64,000 nt of DNA, taken from positions 608,001-672,000 of the forward strand of contig CAWJWJ010000002.1 of NCBI GenBank assembly GCA_963846575.1, given 5' to 3'. Of the stretch, positions 54,751 through 64,000 are shown in pieces. A model generated the notes under the pieces. That model was not told the origin of the DNA. It made no database searches and saw only the letters and a program-made list of their open reading frames with translations. Made by a program: the position numbers and the translations under genes. This stretch comes from an uncultured Nitrospiraceae bacterium. Its GTDB lineage: Bacteria; Nitrospirota; Nitrospiria; Nitrospirales; Nitrospiraceae. How positions within the stretch are numbered: position 1 is the first letter of the stretch; each line of letters opens with the position of its first letter.

Positions 54751-55707
54751 ATGATCCGTGCACCGAGAGCCTCCCCGCGAATTCTCGCGGGAATCGATAT
54801 CGGCACCCTGACTTGCCGCTTGCTCATCGCGGAGTTCTCTCCATCTAGTGGAGTTCGCGAACTTCGCTCTGATCGGCGCATCCTTCGACTGGGGCAGGGC
54901 GTGGATCGGGACCGCCGATTGCGTGCCGATGCCATGGAGCGGGTGGTGGCTACTCTGAAAGAATGGTGTCACCTGATCGACGGCGCCTGCGTGGAGACCT
55001 CAATAGCTGTGGCGACGAGCGCGGTGCGCGATGCGAAAAATCGAGAAGAATTTCTGTGCCGAGTGAAGCACGAAACCGGTTTTGAGGTTGAAGTGCTCTC
55101 AGGGGAAGAAGAGGCCCGCCGCACGATGCTCGGTATCCGCTCCGGACTTCCCCTTGATGTGACCCACCTGCTGGCGCTGGATATCGGTGGCGGCAGCACG
55201 GAGTTTATTTTGGATCTGCCTCATTGCCCGGCAGTGGTGCATTCGATAGACATCGGTGTGGTGCGACTGAGCGAAAGAATCATGCATGGCGATCCTCCGA
55301 CAGCCGAAGAAATTGAACAAGCGCGTGCATGGGTACGTGGTGAAACGGTTGCGGCTGTCGCGGAAATGCCAAGACCGAGCGAACTGACGTTGGTTGGCAC
55401 AGCGGGCACAATTACTTCTCTGGCTGCCATGGCCCAGCAGTTGCCGAGCTATGAACCGGCGAGAATTCACAATTACACAATGACGCTGGAGAGGGTAAAA
55501 CAGTTGGAGGAACAGCTGCTGAGTTGCTCGAAAGCACAACGAGAGGGGCTTCCGGGTCTCGAGCGAGGGCGGGAGGAGGTCATCGCCGCTGGGGCGGTGG
55601 TCTTGAGTTCGGTGATGGAGACACTGGGCATGACGAAAATCCTCGTGAGCGATCTGGGCCTGCGTGAGGGGGTCCTGATTCATCTTGCGGAAATCACCAG
55701 GCCGTAA
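54751..55707 (+). CDS. ppx: Ppx/GppA phosphatase family protein (short form)
   Basis: GIDIGT, ATSAVRDAKN, SGEEEA, DIGGGSTE, GLREG. Confidence 0.93.
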   Translation: MIRAPRASPRILAGIDIGTLTCRLLIAEFSPSSGVRELRSDRRILRLGQGVDRDRRLRADAMERVVATLKEWCHLIDGACVETSIAVATSAVRDAKNREEFLCRVKHETGFEVEVLSGEEEARRTMLGIRSGLPLDVTHLLALDIGGGSTEFILDLPHCPAVVHSIDIGVVRLSERIMHGDPPTAEEIEQARAWVRGETVAAVAEMPRPSELTLVGTAGTITSLAAMAQQLPSYEPARIHNYTMTLERVKQLEEQLLSCSKAQREGLPGLERGREEVIAAGAVVLSSVMETLGMTKILVSDLGLREGVLIHLAEITRP

Positions 55708-55931
55708 TCCATGCAGCCATTGCCGCCTTTCTTGGGATTGTCGCCCCTCAAGCCTATATCCCCATTTGCGCTTTTCCGACCTCCGAATATAGCCAAGCAA
55801 GAAAACTAGGACAGGCCACCATAAGCGGGCTGTTCCCTGCTCTCGGCGCAGGTCTGTGCCATAACTGCGGGAGCTTTAGAAGGAGGAACGGAGGTTGCCG
55901 GCGGTGCCAGAGACTGAGGCAACAGGGTTCA

Positions 55932-57422
55932 TTATCGCTGCGAATACCAGCGAAAGCCCTTCTGTTCAGTGTAAGAAGTTTGAGGAATGCCCCCGGGTTT
56001 TTCAAGGAGTAGGACTTTGAAATCGATGAGGCCAAACCATGCGGGGTCGGCAATGTCGTGGTAATGGCAACCTTGCAATTTAGGGAGCATGTCGCCTAAG
56101 GCCTTGGTGAGTTCCCCCTCTGTGTAAGCCCGGACAGCAAATTCCTGGCCAAGTCCCTGACAAAAGCGCTGGATGGTGTAGGCCGCGCCGGTACACAGCA
56201 CCTTTGTGTCGGGTTTGATTTGCAAGAACTGCGGGAGCGCAAGATATCTCTCTTGGAAGCCGAGCCATCTCACGGCTTGCCGGACATGGCTGTACTGCAC
56301 CTCATATTCCGTGTGGTGTGGAAGTTTGACGGCGGCAGGCCAGCCCTCATCGATCCCAAATTCAGTCAGGAACGCCCGACCACCTGGTTTGAGTACCCGC
56401 CAGACTTCTGCGACAAATCGCATTGGCCCCAGGTTGAAGATCACTTCTCCAGGTAACTCTTGTTCAGGCGGTAGGCGAAGTCGTCTGACCCAGTCCAGCG
56501 CTTCCTGGTGTTGTGGTGTTGCGCCTCGACCTTCCGCGAGCTCCTGGCCGGTCAGTTTCACGGGGGTCATGTCAGCCATGTTTTCGTTGTCGATGATGAG
56601 ATCGACTGAGTTGTCCTTGAAGGGCAGGCATTCGCCATTAGCATGGATTCCGGTGCCGGTCCAGCCGCCGGCCCTAGCCCGTTTGGTTTGGAGTTGCAAG
56701 AAGGGGCGGGTGACATCCAGCGACACGTACTGAATGCCCTGTTTCTCGAATGGGAGGAGCTCCTGTCCCAGTTCGCGGGCGACATAACCGAGACCACCGC
56801 CGATTTCAACAATCACCTTCGGTTTTGGCTTGAACCAGCCTAGGCGTCGCAGCTGCCGCATGAGAAGGCGACCGTACGTGGTGCCACCCAGGGCCTCACA
56901 GGGCTCGCGGAACAGGTGCGAGACCGTGGTTTCGATGAGGTCGAAGTGGCCGTCCTCCAGATCGCTTTCCTTCAGTTCATGGACATGGAAGTCCTCGAGA
57001 TGTTCCTCGCCTTCAAAGTCTTGCTGCCCAGACCAGCCCTCACGGATCTGTTGCAGCAGCACATCCCATTTGGCCTTGTGCCGGTGGCCGCCGGGTGGTT
57101 CTGTGCCGAAGTAGCAGAGGGAAAAATTTGGGACAGACCAACGCTCCAGATGCCAGGTGCCAGGCTGGCCGTCTGGGCCGCAGATCTTATTGCCGTATTT
57201 TTCCAGCAACGTTCCGACGGTTATGTGGCCATTCATCGACGTGAGCATTTCGATCCCGACCATATTTAGCCGGACGAGCGGGAAATCGTCGTCGAGGGGG
57301 GCCAGCCACCACTCGTCGACCGTATGTTGGTAGGCGACGAGATCCGGAATGCGCCAGGCGAGGAGACTTAAGACGTCGCCGCTCAGGATGAGAGGCTCTT
57401 GGATGACTGCGGCAGCTTTCAT
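55932..57422 (-). CDS. Class I SAM-dependent methyltransferase with possible N-terminal RRE/PqqD-like segment
   Basis: VEIGGGLG, LPFKDNSVD, WRVLKPGG; N-terminal VRLNMVGIEMLTSMNGHITVGTL. Confidence 0.75.
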   Translation of the reverse strand: MKAAAVIQEPLILSGDVLSLLAWRIPDLVAYQHTVDEWWLAPLDDDFPLVRLNMVGIEMLTSMNGHITVGTLLEKYGNKICGPDGQPGTWHLERWSVPNFSLCYFGTEPPGGHRHKAKWDVLLQQIREGWSGQQDFEGEEHLEDFHVHELKESDLEDGHFDLIETTVSHLFREPCEALGGTTYGRLLMRQLRRLGWFKPKPKVIVEIGGGLGYVARELGQELLPFEKQGIQYVSLDVTRPFLQLQTKRARAGGWTGTGIHANGECLPFKDNSVDLIIDNENMADMTPVKLTGQELAEGRGATPQHQEALDWVRRLRLPPEQELPGEVIFNLGPMRFVAEVWRVLKPGGRAFLTEFGIDEGWPAAVKLPHHTEYEVQYSHVRQAVRWLGFQERYLALPQFLQIKPDTKVLCTGAAYTIQRFCQGLGQEFAVRAYTEGELTKALGDMLPKLQGCHYHDIADPAWFGLIDFKVLLLEKPGGIPQTSYTEQKGFRWYSQR

Positions 57423-57506
57423 TGTATTAGTAATCAGTTCTCAGCAGTTGCCGCAGCCTACACGAGGGCAACGTGGCCCTGCAAGAACCTTAAGGAAGAT
57501 GATGGT

Positions 57507-57881
57507 CTAGGTTTGGGAGGGCAGCGCTGAGGAATCATTCACAATGATGAGACCGCGCATAATAGGATGTATGCGACATTGATACGGGTACCGGCCTGGA
57601 GGCAGGCTTGGAATGGTATAGGTACCACCAGGCGCCACTGCACCTGAATCAAAGGCGCACCGGCCGCTGTCTTCAAAGCATTCATCGTGGGTGACCGTGT
57701 GATGGGTTGGTGTTGGGTTATCCCACCTGACCGCGGCACCGGAAGTCACGGTGACAGCGGCAGGCACATAGTAAGGCGATCCGCTATCCATGAAAACTTG
57801 CGCCGCCGGCGGAATTGCCGAAGTCGGCCAAGCCGTCAAGGGGCACACCGTGAGAACAAGAATGATAAGACGCCAGTGCAT
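57507..57881 (-). CDS. Exported cupredoxin (plastocyanin/azurin-like)
   Basis: HTVT...YPYQCRIHPIMRG type-1 copper ligands (H, C, H, M). Confidence 0.9.
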   Translation of the reverse strand: MHWRLIILVLTVCPLTAWPTSAIPPAAQVFMDSGSPYYVPAAVTVTSGAAVRWDNPTPTHHTVTHDECFEDSGRCAFDSGAVAPGGTYTIPSLPPGRYPYQCRIHPIMRGLIIVNDSSALPSQT

Positions 57882-58046
57882 GAGATGGTCAGTCCGATGA
57901 GTGGGTAACTCTTTTATCATCTATTATACATAGAGACCTGTTCGATACGGAAGGATTCATGTAGCTAACCAGTAAAGAATGAGATGTCGAATCGGCGCGT
58001 CATTTCTGGCCAGGGGGTAAATTCAGTACAATTAGGCTGGTTCCTC

Positions 58047-59256
58047 CGTAAGCTTCCCTTAATCTGAGACAGATCAAAAGGAGAATCTTCTGGCACAATA
58101 GCTTACCCTAGCCAGGAGGTTCCCATGCGCCAGTCGAAGTTCACCGAAACCCAAATCGTATCGATTCTAAAAGAGGCCGATGCCGGTCGCCCGGTCAATG
58201 AGCTGTGGCGGACGTACGGGATCAGCTCCGCGACCTATTACAAATGGAAAGCCAAGTACGGCGGCCTCGACGCCTCGGACGTGAAACGGCTGAAAGAATT
58301 GGAACACGAGAACAACCGCCTCAAGCGGATGTATGCGGATCTCTCCCTGGAGAACGCGGCGCTCAAGGATGTGATCGCAAAAAAGCTTTAAGGCCCGCTG
58401 AGCGGCGGGAGGTCGTCACGCACCTGGTGACGGTGAGCGGCCTTCCGGTTCAGCGGGCCTGTCAGGCGGTCGGCCTGGGGCGGGCGACGTACTATCGGCC
58501 GCTCACCAATTGGGCGCAGCGCGATGCGCCCGTGATTGCGGCACTGACGACCTTGAGTGCCACGAAACCTCGTTGGGGGTTCTGGAAATACGTGGGCTGG
58601 CTACGCCATACCGGACAGCCCTGGAATCCTAAGCGGCTGTGGCGGGTCTACTGCCACCTCAGGCTCAATCTGCCACGACGGACCAAGAAGCGGCTGCCGG
58701 TGCGGCTCATGCAGCCGATGGACGTGATCCCACAGCCCAATGTCGTGTGGGCACTCGATTTCATGAGTGATACGCTGTACGGTGGCCGACGGTTCCGGAC
58801 CTTGAATATTCTGGATGAAGGGGTGCGAGAAGTCTTGGCGATCGAAGTCGATACCTCCTTGCCCGCCGAGCGTGTGATTCGGGTGCTGGAGCAAGTGACG
58901 GCCTGGCGGGGCCAACCGCAGGCCATTCGGCTCGACAATGGCCCGGAATTCCTCGCCGACCGCTTTGCGACTTGGTGTGCGGAGCGTGGGATCGCGCTCC
59001 GGTTTATTCAGCCGGGCAAGCCGAATCAGAATGCCTTCATTGAACGGTTCAATCGGACGGTACGACACGAAGTGCTCGATGCATATGTCTTCGAGTCGCT
59101 CGAGCAGGTGCGAGAAATCAGTGCGCAGTGGATGCAGGAGTACAATGAGGAACGCCCCCATGACACCTTGGGGCGAGTGCCACCGGCCCTGTTCAGCGCC
59201 CGACAAACCGCCGGAAGTTCTCCTCTGAAACTGTCTCCTTGACGGGGAAGCTTACG
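58047..59256 (+). mobile_element. Complete IS3-family insertion sequence (1210 bp, IS407-like)
   Basis: 26-bp imperfect inverted repeats (19/26 match; CGTAAGCTTCCC...GAGACAG) at 58047-58072 and 59231-59256; 4-bp target duplication CCTC at 58043-58046 and 59257-59260. Confidence 0.95.
58125..59242 (+). CDS. IS3 transposase OrfAB (OrfA 58125-58391; OrfB joined by -1 frameshift)
   Basis: OrfA HTH (GISSATYYKWK); slippery A-AAA-AAG at 58379-58385; OrfB DDE motifs WALDF, DNGPEF, IERFN. Confidence 0.95.
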
Positions 59257-59433
59257 CCTCCCTTGTGGACGGATCGGAGACGAAAGTTCCTGTTTTGGCA
59301 AAGAGATGTAATGCCGCGATCCTTTATAGGTCTGTCTCGCTTGACCAGGTTGCAAGAAGCCGTTGGTTCATGCTAGATGGAGGCCGCTTTACCACCGACG
59401 TGCCAAGGAGAAGACCTAAGAGGAGGGCGTGGA

Positions 59434-60054
59434 ATGGCAAAGAAGAGCGTGAAGAAGAAAGGCCCCGCGAAGAAAGCCGTGCGGCCGAAGAAAGTCGCCA
59501 CAAAGAAGGCAGCAAAGCCGAAAAAAACGGTAAAGACGAAGAAAGCCGTGACGGTAAAAAGAACCGGAACGACCCCAAAAACGAAGAAAGCAGCCTCCGG
59601 GAGGGCTATCCCGAAAAAAACTGTCAAGAAAGTCTCGGCAAAACCGGCCAAGAAAAAGACGACAGCCAAACCTCAACGAGCCCTCAAGGCAAAACCGGCC
59701 GCCAAATCATCAAAGACCTCAGCGAAACCCGTTTCAAAAGCCAAGTCCGCGATGGTGAAACCCGCGTCGCCAAAGCCCAAGACGCTCAGCGAACCTTCCG
59801 CCGTCGCTCCCGAGCCTAAGGCGGCGTCTGCGGTGATGCCAGAGGCCGGTAAGGCGAAGTTTGAGGTTGAACCGCCACAGCCGGAGTTGGATGACGAAGA
59901 AGAATTAGTGGAAGATATCGATGATGTCTCCGAAGAAATCGAGGAAGAAGAGGTAGAAGAAGAATTAGGCCTCGACAGTCAGGACGACGATGTCGATTAC
60001 ATAGAAAAGTCTGAAGATCTGCTGGATGACACTGACGAATATCGTAACAATTAA
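59434..60054 (+). CDS. Lys/Ala/Pro-rich (histone H1-like) protein with highly acidic C-terminal tail
   Basis: AGGAGG RBS; KKAVRPKKVATKKAAKPKK-type repeats, then a D/E-dominated tail of ~45 aa. Confidence 0.8.
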   Translation: MAKKSVKKKGPAKKAVRPKKVATKKAAKPKKTVKTKKAVTVKRTGTTPKTKKAASGRAIPKKTVKKVSAKPAKKKTTAKPQRALKAKPAAKSSKTSAKPVSKAKSAMVKPASPKPKTLSEPSAVAPEPKAASAVMPEAGKAKFEVEPPQPELDDEEELVEDIDDVSEEIEEEEVEEELGLDSQDDDVDYIEKSEDLLDDTDEYRNN

Positions 60055-60266
60055 GCCTTACTGTTTGGGTGCTGGTCGGATGGTCCTCCTTCTATGAATT
60101 TCCGCGGCCAGCTAGCCCAGCTCATGCACAAATTGACAGGCTGTTCCAGTGTGGTGGATTGGTGTGGCGCGCCACGGCCCAGCCGACCTCGCGGCTCGTA
60201 CTCAAATGCCCTCACTTCCCAGTTCTCGCCCGATCATGCGTGCAGATCAGCTCTCTTCTCCCTCTC

Positions 60267-60719
60267 ATGAGTCATTTTCTCTTTATTGCCGCAGCCTTAC
60301 GCGAGCGAAGTTCCCAGGAAAGCGCCGAACTCCAATTGGGGGCTGGCATTTGGGGACTCTGCACCGCGCTGATTCGGGACAATCTTGAAAAGTTTCTGAC
60401 GTTGGAATCCCATGGATTGGTCTATATTCTGAAAGAGGGGATCTGCGCAGAATTCGTGATCACTTCGAGAGTGCTGCCGGTTCAGGCCTTGGACGATTTC
60501 CTGAAGGACGAGGTACGAACGGAAGCGCGATATGGATTCGTAAGGGTTACGCCGGTGCGGCGCTGGCAAGGCAATGCCCCGGATTGTCAGGCTTTGCTGC
60601 AGAGGGTGCTGGCCATTGAGCAGCCCACGGAACTGACGCGGCGCTTGAGTCTTGGGATGCATCGTCTGGCAGATGCTGAGTATCAGGCGATTCTTACTGG
60701 GTTGGGTCCTGGACCGTGA
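60267..60719 (+). CDS. Hypothetical protein, possibly EVE/PUA-like fold
   Basis: GIWG, LVYI, FVRVTPV and C-terminal GMHRLADAEYQAI resemble EVE-domain patterns. Confidence 0.5.
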   Translation: MSHFLFIAAALRERSSQESAELQLGAGIWGLCTALIRDNLEKFLTLESHGLVYILKEGICAEFVITSRVLPVQALDDFLKDEVRTEARYGFVRVTPVRRWQGNAPDCQALLQRVLAIEQPTELTRRLSLGMHRLADAEYQAILTGLGPGP

Positions 60720-60748
60720 CAGGCTGTCCGGCTGTCGGCGAAGGGGGC

Positions 60749-61420
60749 TTAATCAAGAGTGCCGCCGGTCATGAGATGGTAGGCTTCTTCGATCCTGCCG
60801 ACCCCTTTCACCTCGACGTTAAGATCCCACGCAAGGCGATTGATATTCCATAGCGGATCGTTCCGTTGGGCTTCGGGGATAAGGATGGTGCGATAGCCCT
60901 CGCGAACTGCCGCGCGGATTTTGTCCGGAATACCTCCGACCGGCCCGATTGCGCCGTCTTGCGTAATGGTGCCGGTCATGGCAATGCCTGGGTGGATGCG
61001 ATCCCCTTTCAGAAGGGCGGCAAACCCTACCGTCATCACCGCTCCGGCACTGGGGCCGTCGGTGCCGGTCGAGGCATAGGCGAAGCCCATCGCGCTGACG
61101 GTGCCAACATGATCGACACGGGGCGTATGTTCGATCGCGTATTGAAACGCTCGCGCCATGGAATTGAGATTGCTCTGGCCCGGCCGGATGTTGCCGCCTT
61201 GCCATTGCAGCACCATCGGCGAGGGGCTGGGCCGTCGATCCCACCGGAGGAGGAAGACTTCGAAGACTCCTCGGTCGTTGGCCTCGATCATGGCTAACAC
61301 CGGAATTTCGACGACGGATTCCGCGGTGGCCGGATTAACATCAGCGATCGTCAATGGGGTAAACAGGAATAGGACCCGCAGAGCCATACCAATGACGCTA
61401 TGGGCCGCAGAGGCAATCAT
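60749..61420 (-). CDS. Exported S16 (Lon-like) serine protease domain protein
   Basis: DGPSAG, AMTGTI, IGPVGGIPDK (Ser-Lys dyad); no AAA+ domain. Confidence 0.88.
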   Translation of the reverse strand: MIASAAHSVIGMALRVLFLFTPLTIADVNPATAESVVEIPVLAMIEANDRGVFEVFLLRWDRRPSPSPMVLQWQGGNIRPGQSNLNSMARAFQYAIEHTPRVDHVGTVSAMGFAYASTGTDGPSAGAVMTVGFAALLKGDRIHPGIAMTGTITQDGAIGPVGGIPDKIRAAVREGYRTILIPEAQRNDPLWNINRLAWDLNVEVKGVGRIEEAYHLMTGGTLD

Positions 61421-61506
61421 TTGACAGCAAGTCTAGCAAAGATGTTTCCAGAGTAAAGCATCGTCCAGTGGCCTTTCACCTTTCAATGGTATCCTGCGCA
61501 TAGAAA

Positions 61507-62619
61507 ATGGCTGTATCGGATCCGTTTAGCCGCTTCTTTTCGAGCTTTTTAGTCCCTGTCTGGCTGGCGTTGGGCATTTTGTGGGGTGCGGTCCTGAATC
61601 CTGGAGACCTACGGGCAGGATGTATTCTGGAGAGGGGCGGAACAGGTGCAACTGCAGCGTTGACGTATCGAGTGAGCAGTACCTGCACCGATTCAGAACG
61701 TGAGGCCAATGCCGTCCCCGCAAGAGACCTGTTACGCGCCCTTGCGTCAGGTAAGGGAATAGACCTGGTAGGTGTTGTGATCGAAGGCGACCTGAACTTC
61801 GATGAACTGCCTGCCCAGAAGGTCGAGGCGGTGAGTGATCTCTCGCCTGAGGATCGTGAGATCCTCGGAAGGCTCAATGCTGATGAGGTCCGAGTGATTC
61901 GAGGACCGTTCGTGATTAAGGAGGCGCGGGTCCGAGGCCGGGTCGTCAATCGTCTCAAACGAGGCTTTCTAGTGATGACCGGCCCCGTCGTATTGGCAGA
62001 CACGCGCTTCGAAGGGGTGCTTGATTTGTCGCGCACAGTATTTTTTGGACTGGTTGATGGATCGCGCGCGACCTTCGAGCAGGAAAGTTACTTTGTGCAG
62101 GATCGCTTTACCCAGGGAGTCATGTTTCAGGATGCGCATTTCGGCCCGCACGCCCGTTTTCACCGTTCGATCTTTGCCGGCCCTGCCATTTTTCGAGGCG
62201 CCTCATTTAAAGGTTTGACCGAGTTTCTGGAAGTTGATTTTGTACAGAGCTCGAACTTTTCGCATGCGACCTTTCATCTAGGGACCGGATTTTCAGGCGC
62301 TCATTGTCGTGACAAATGCGACTTTTCTTTCGCGCAGTTCGATCGGGAGGCGTTCTTTCTCTATTCCCGGTTTGACGGTCCGGCCTCGTTTGCCTCAGCG
62401 CGTTTCGAGTCTCAGGTCGATTTTTCTGATGCCTCATTTAAAGAGCCCGATGACCTCGCGCTCGCAACATTTATCCGACCGCCCCTTTTGACCAGGTCCA
62501 CACGCGTGACTGCCACAATGCCCGGTCGCCCTGAGGCATCGTCGACCTCGCAGGCCCTGACGATTGCACTGTTTGTCGCTGCATTAGGCATCCTGCTTTA
62601 TATCATCAAGTCCAAATAG
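61507..62619 (+). CDS. Pentapeptide-repeat protein with N- and C-terminal TM segments
   Basis: Repeated (A)xFxxAxF units. Confidence 0.85.
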   Translation: MAVSDPFSRFFSSFLVPVWLALGILWGAVLNPGDLRAGCILERGGTGATAALTYRVSSTCTDSEREANAVPARDLLRALASGKGIDLVGVVIEGDLNFDELPAQKVEAVSDLSPEDREILGRLNADEVRVIRGPFVIKEARVRGRVVNRLKRGFLVMTGPVVLADTRFEGVLDLSRTVFFGLVDGSRATFEQESYFVQDRFTQGVMFQDAHFGPHARFHRSIFAGPAIFRGASFKGLTEFLEVDFVQSSNFSHATFHLGTGFSGAHCRDKCDFSFAQFDREAFFLYSRFDGPASFASARFESQVDFSDASFKEPDDLALATFIRPPLLTRSTRVTATMPGRPEASSTSQALTIALFVAALGILLYIIKSK

Positions 62620-62718
62620 TCCTATTCTTACCCCCCATATATAGTTTTAGTCTTGCCCGTCCCCACCATAACTTGGTATAAGATTGAAACTTTGTCCAAG
62701 GGAGCGTGTAATTACCTG

Positions 62719-63486
62719 ATGGACCAAACTGATCTTCCCTACCAAGTCAAGATCGAGAACTTTGAAGGCCCCCTCGATCTCCTCTTGCACCTCATCAAAA
62801 AGAACGAGATCAATATCTACGATATTCCGATCGCGCTGATCGCGCAGCAGTATTTGGATTACCTCTCGGTGATGAAGGAACTGAATCTTGCTGTAGCCGG
62901 GGAGTTTCTCGTCATGGCAGCGACATTGCTGCATATCAAATCCCGTATGCTCCTGCCAGTTGAAGAAACGACAGTCGATGAGGAGGACGGCCCCGATCCG
63001 CGAGAAGAACTCGTCCGGCGGTTGCTCGAATATAAGCAATTTAAAGAGGCGGCCTCGCAACTCGATTACAAGGAGCGAATGTGGCGAGACGTGTTTTCTC
63101 GAGAGCCTGGTCCTGCCGTCACACTTACCAAAGACGAAAACCTGCTCGATGAGATTTCATTGTTTGATTTGGTTGACGCACTGCAGGGAGTCCTGTCCCG
63201 CCATCCCGGGAAGCGGCTGGTCGAGATCATTCCTGATAACTTAACTGTTCGCACTCGCATGAGTGCCATCATTGAAGCCTTGGAAGAGCAGGAGTCTCTG
63301 GCCTTCACGGCACTGTTCGAGTCATCGAGCCATCGTCTCGTAGTAATTGTTACGTTCCTGGCCCTGCTCGAACTGATTCGCATCAGGGTGGTACGAGTGT
63401 TTCAGAGCGAGACCTTTGGGGCCATCCTTGTGTCGCGAGCCTTTTCCGCCGTTGCAGAAGGGGAATTAGTGGAGGAGTCTGAATGA
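62719..63486 (+). CDS. scpA: Segregation and condensation protein A
   Basis: FEGPLDLLLHLI, EFLVMAATLL.IKSR, DPREELV, TFLALLEL. Confidence 0.96.
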   Translation: MDQTDLPYQVKIENFEGPLDLLLHLIKKNEINIYDIPIALIAQQYLDYLSVMKELNLAVAGEFLVMAATLLHIKSRMLLPVEETTVDEEDGPDPREELVRRLLEYKQFKEAASQLDYKERMWRDVFSREPGPAVTLTKDENLLDEISLFDLVDALQGVLSRHPGKRLVEIIPDNLTVRTRMSAIIEALEEQESLAFTALFESSSHRLVVIVTFLALLELIRIRVVRVFQSETFGAILVSRAFSAVAEGELVEESE

Positions 63487-64000
63487 AAGAATCTATGATT
63501 CTCGGTACGGAGGACGTGATTGAGGAGTGCGTTGAGGTGAGAGAGCACACGCAGGAAGTCCCTCCATGTTCCTCACCTTCCGAGGTTGGGGGCGAGACTG
63601 ATGAGTCTCAGAGCGCGGCAACGGGATCGCCGTCTTCTGATCCGGCGCTCTCTGACCTGCGTGCGTTGAAGGGAATCATTGAGGCATTACTCTTTGTCAC
63701 GGCTGATCCTATTCCGCTTACCAGATTTCTAGCATTACTTGGGGCGGTCACGCGAGAAGAGGTAGAAGCGGCGTTAGCCAGCCTCAGGTACGACTACGAA
63801 CAGGAAGGCCGAGGGCTGCAGTTAGCTGAGGTGGCCGGGGGCTACCGTATCATGACCAAGGCGGAGTTTGCGCCGTGGCTCAAGCGCCTGGAGAAAGTGA
63901 AGGCGCCCTCAAAACTATCCCGTTCTGCGTTGGAATCATTGGCAATTATCGCTTATAAGCAGCCGATTGTGCGTGCCGAGGTCGAGCAAATTCGTGGTGT
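63483..64000 (+). CDS. scpB: Segregation and condensation protein B (runs off the window end)
   Basis: Translated by hand: LKGIIEALLF, LAEVAGGY, LSRSALESLAIIAYKQP..RAEVEQIRG; ATGA overlap with scpA. Confidence 0.95.
   Translation, partial: MKESMILGTEDVIEECVEVREHTQEVPPCSSPSEVGGETDESQSAATGSPSSDPALSDLRALKGIIEALLFVTADPIPLTRFLALLGAVTREEVEAALASLRYDYEQEGRGLQLAEVAGGYRIMTKAEFAPWLKRLEKVKAPSKLSRSALESLAIIAYKQPIVRAEVEQIRG

Noticed and set aside
55710..55930. Precursor peptide downstream of the RRE-like methyltransferase
   Set aside because: The short ORFs here lack an RBS and any leader motif

Overview
This 64-kb bacterial window looks like Nitrospira, inferred from a clade-1 chlorite dismutase inside the pur operon, the cyanase/urease/NirA set and gene style. 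The first ~30 kb is a nitrogen-assimilation region: ureC(3')-ureF-ureG-ureD; nadE, a putative porin, amtB, PII, glnD, glnA; an FNT transporter, cynS and nirA; two divergent half-length GlnE proteins; groEL/groES, a dimethylformamidase-beta-like gene, rpoH and a NarK-like MFS. Next come ribBA-ribH-nusB-purB-cld-purC-purS-purQ-purL-purF, a block of redox and hypothetical genes, recG, ppx, a complete IS3-family element and scpA/scpB. Four features stand out. (1) A lasso-like RiPP locus at 40.7-44.4 kb (B2 peptidase, PqqD/RRE, an uncalled 39-aa precursor, HPr-kinase-like and nucleotidyltransferase genes) has no lasso cyclase in the window and a non-canonical core. (2) Three leaders in the nitrogen region carry ANTAR-type dual-hexaloop RNA hairpins, including a tandem double attenuator and one that appears to act on translation. 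(3) GlnE is split into two divergent genes, one with ACT-like domains. (4) A 31-bp tandem duplication frameshifts a glycoside-hydrolase-like gene. I recognised no rRNA, tRNA or CRISPR array. All calls come from reading motifs by eye; no searches were run.
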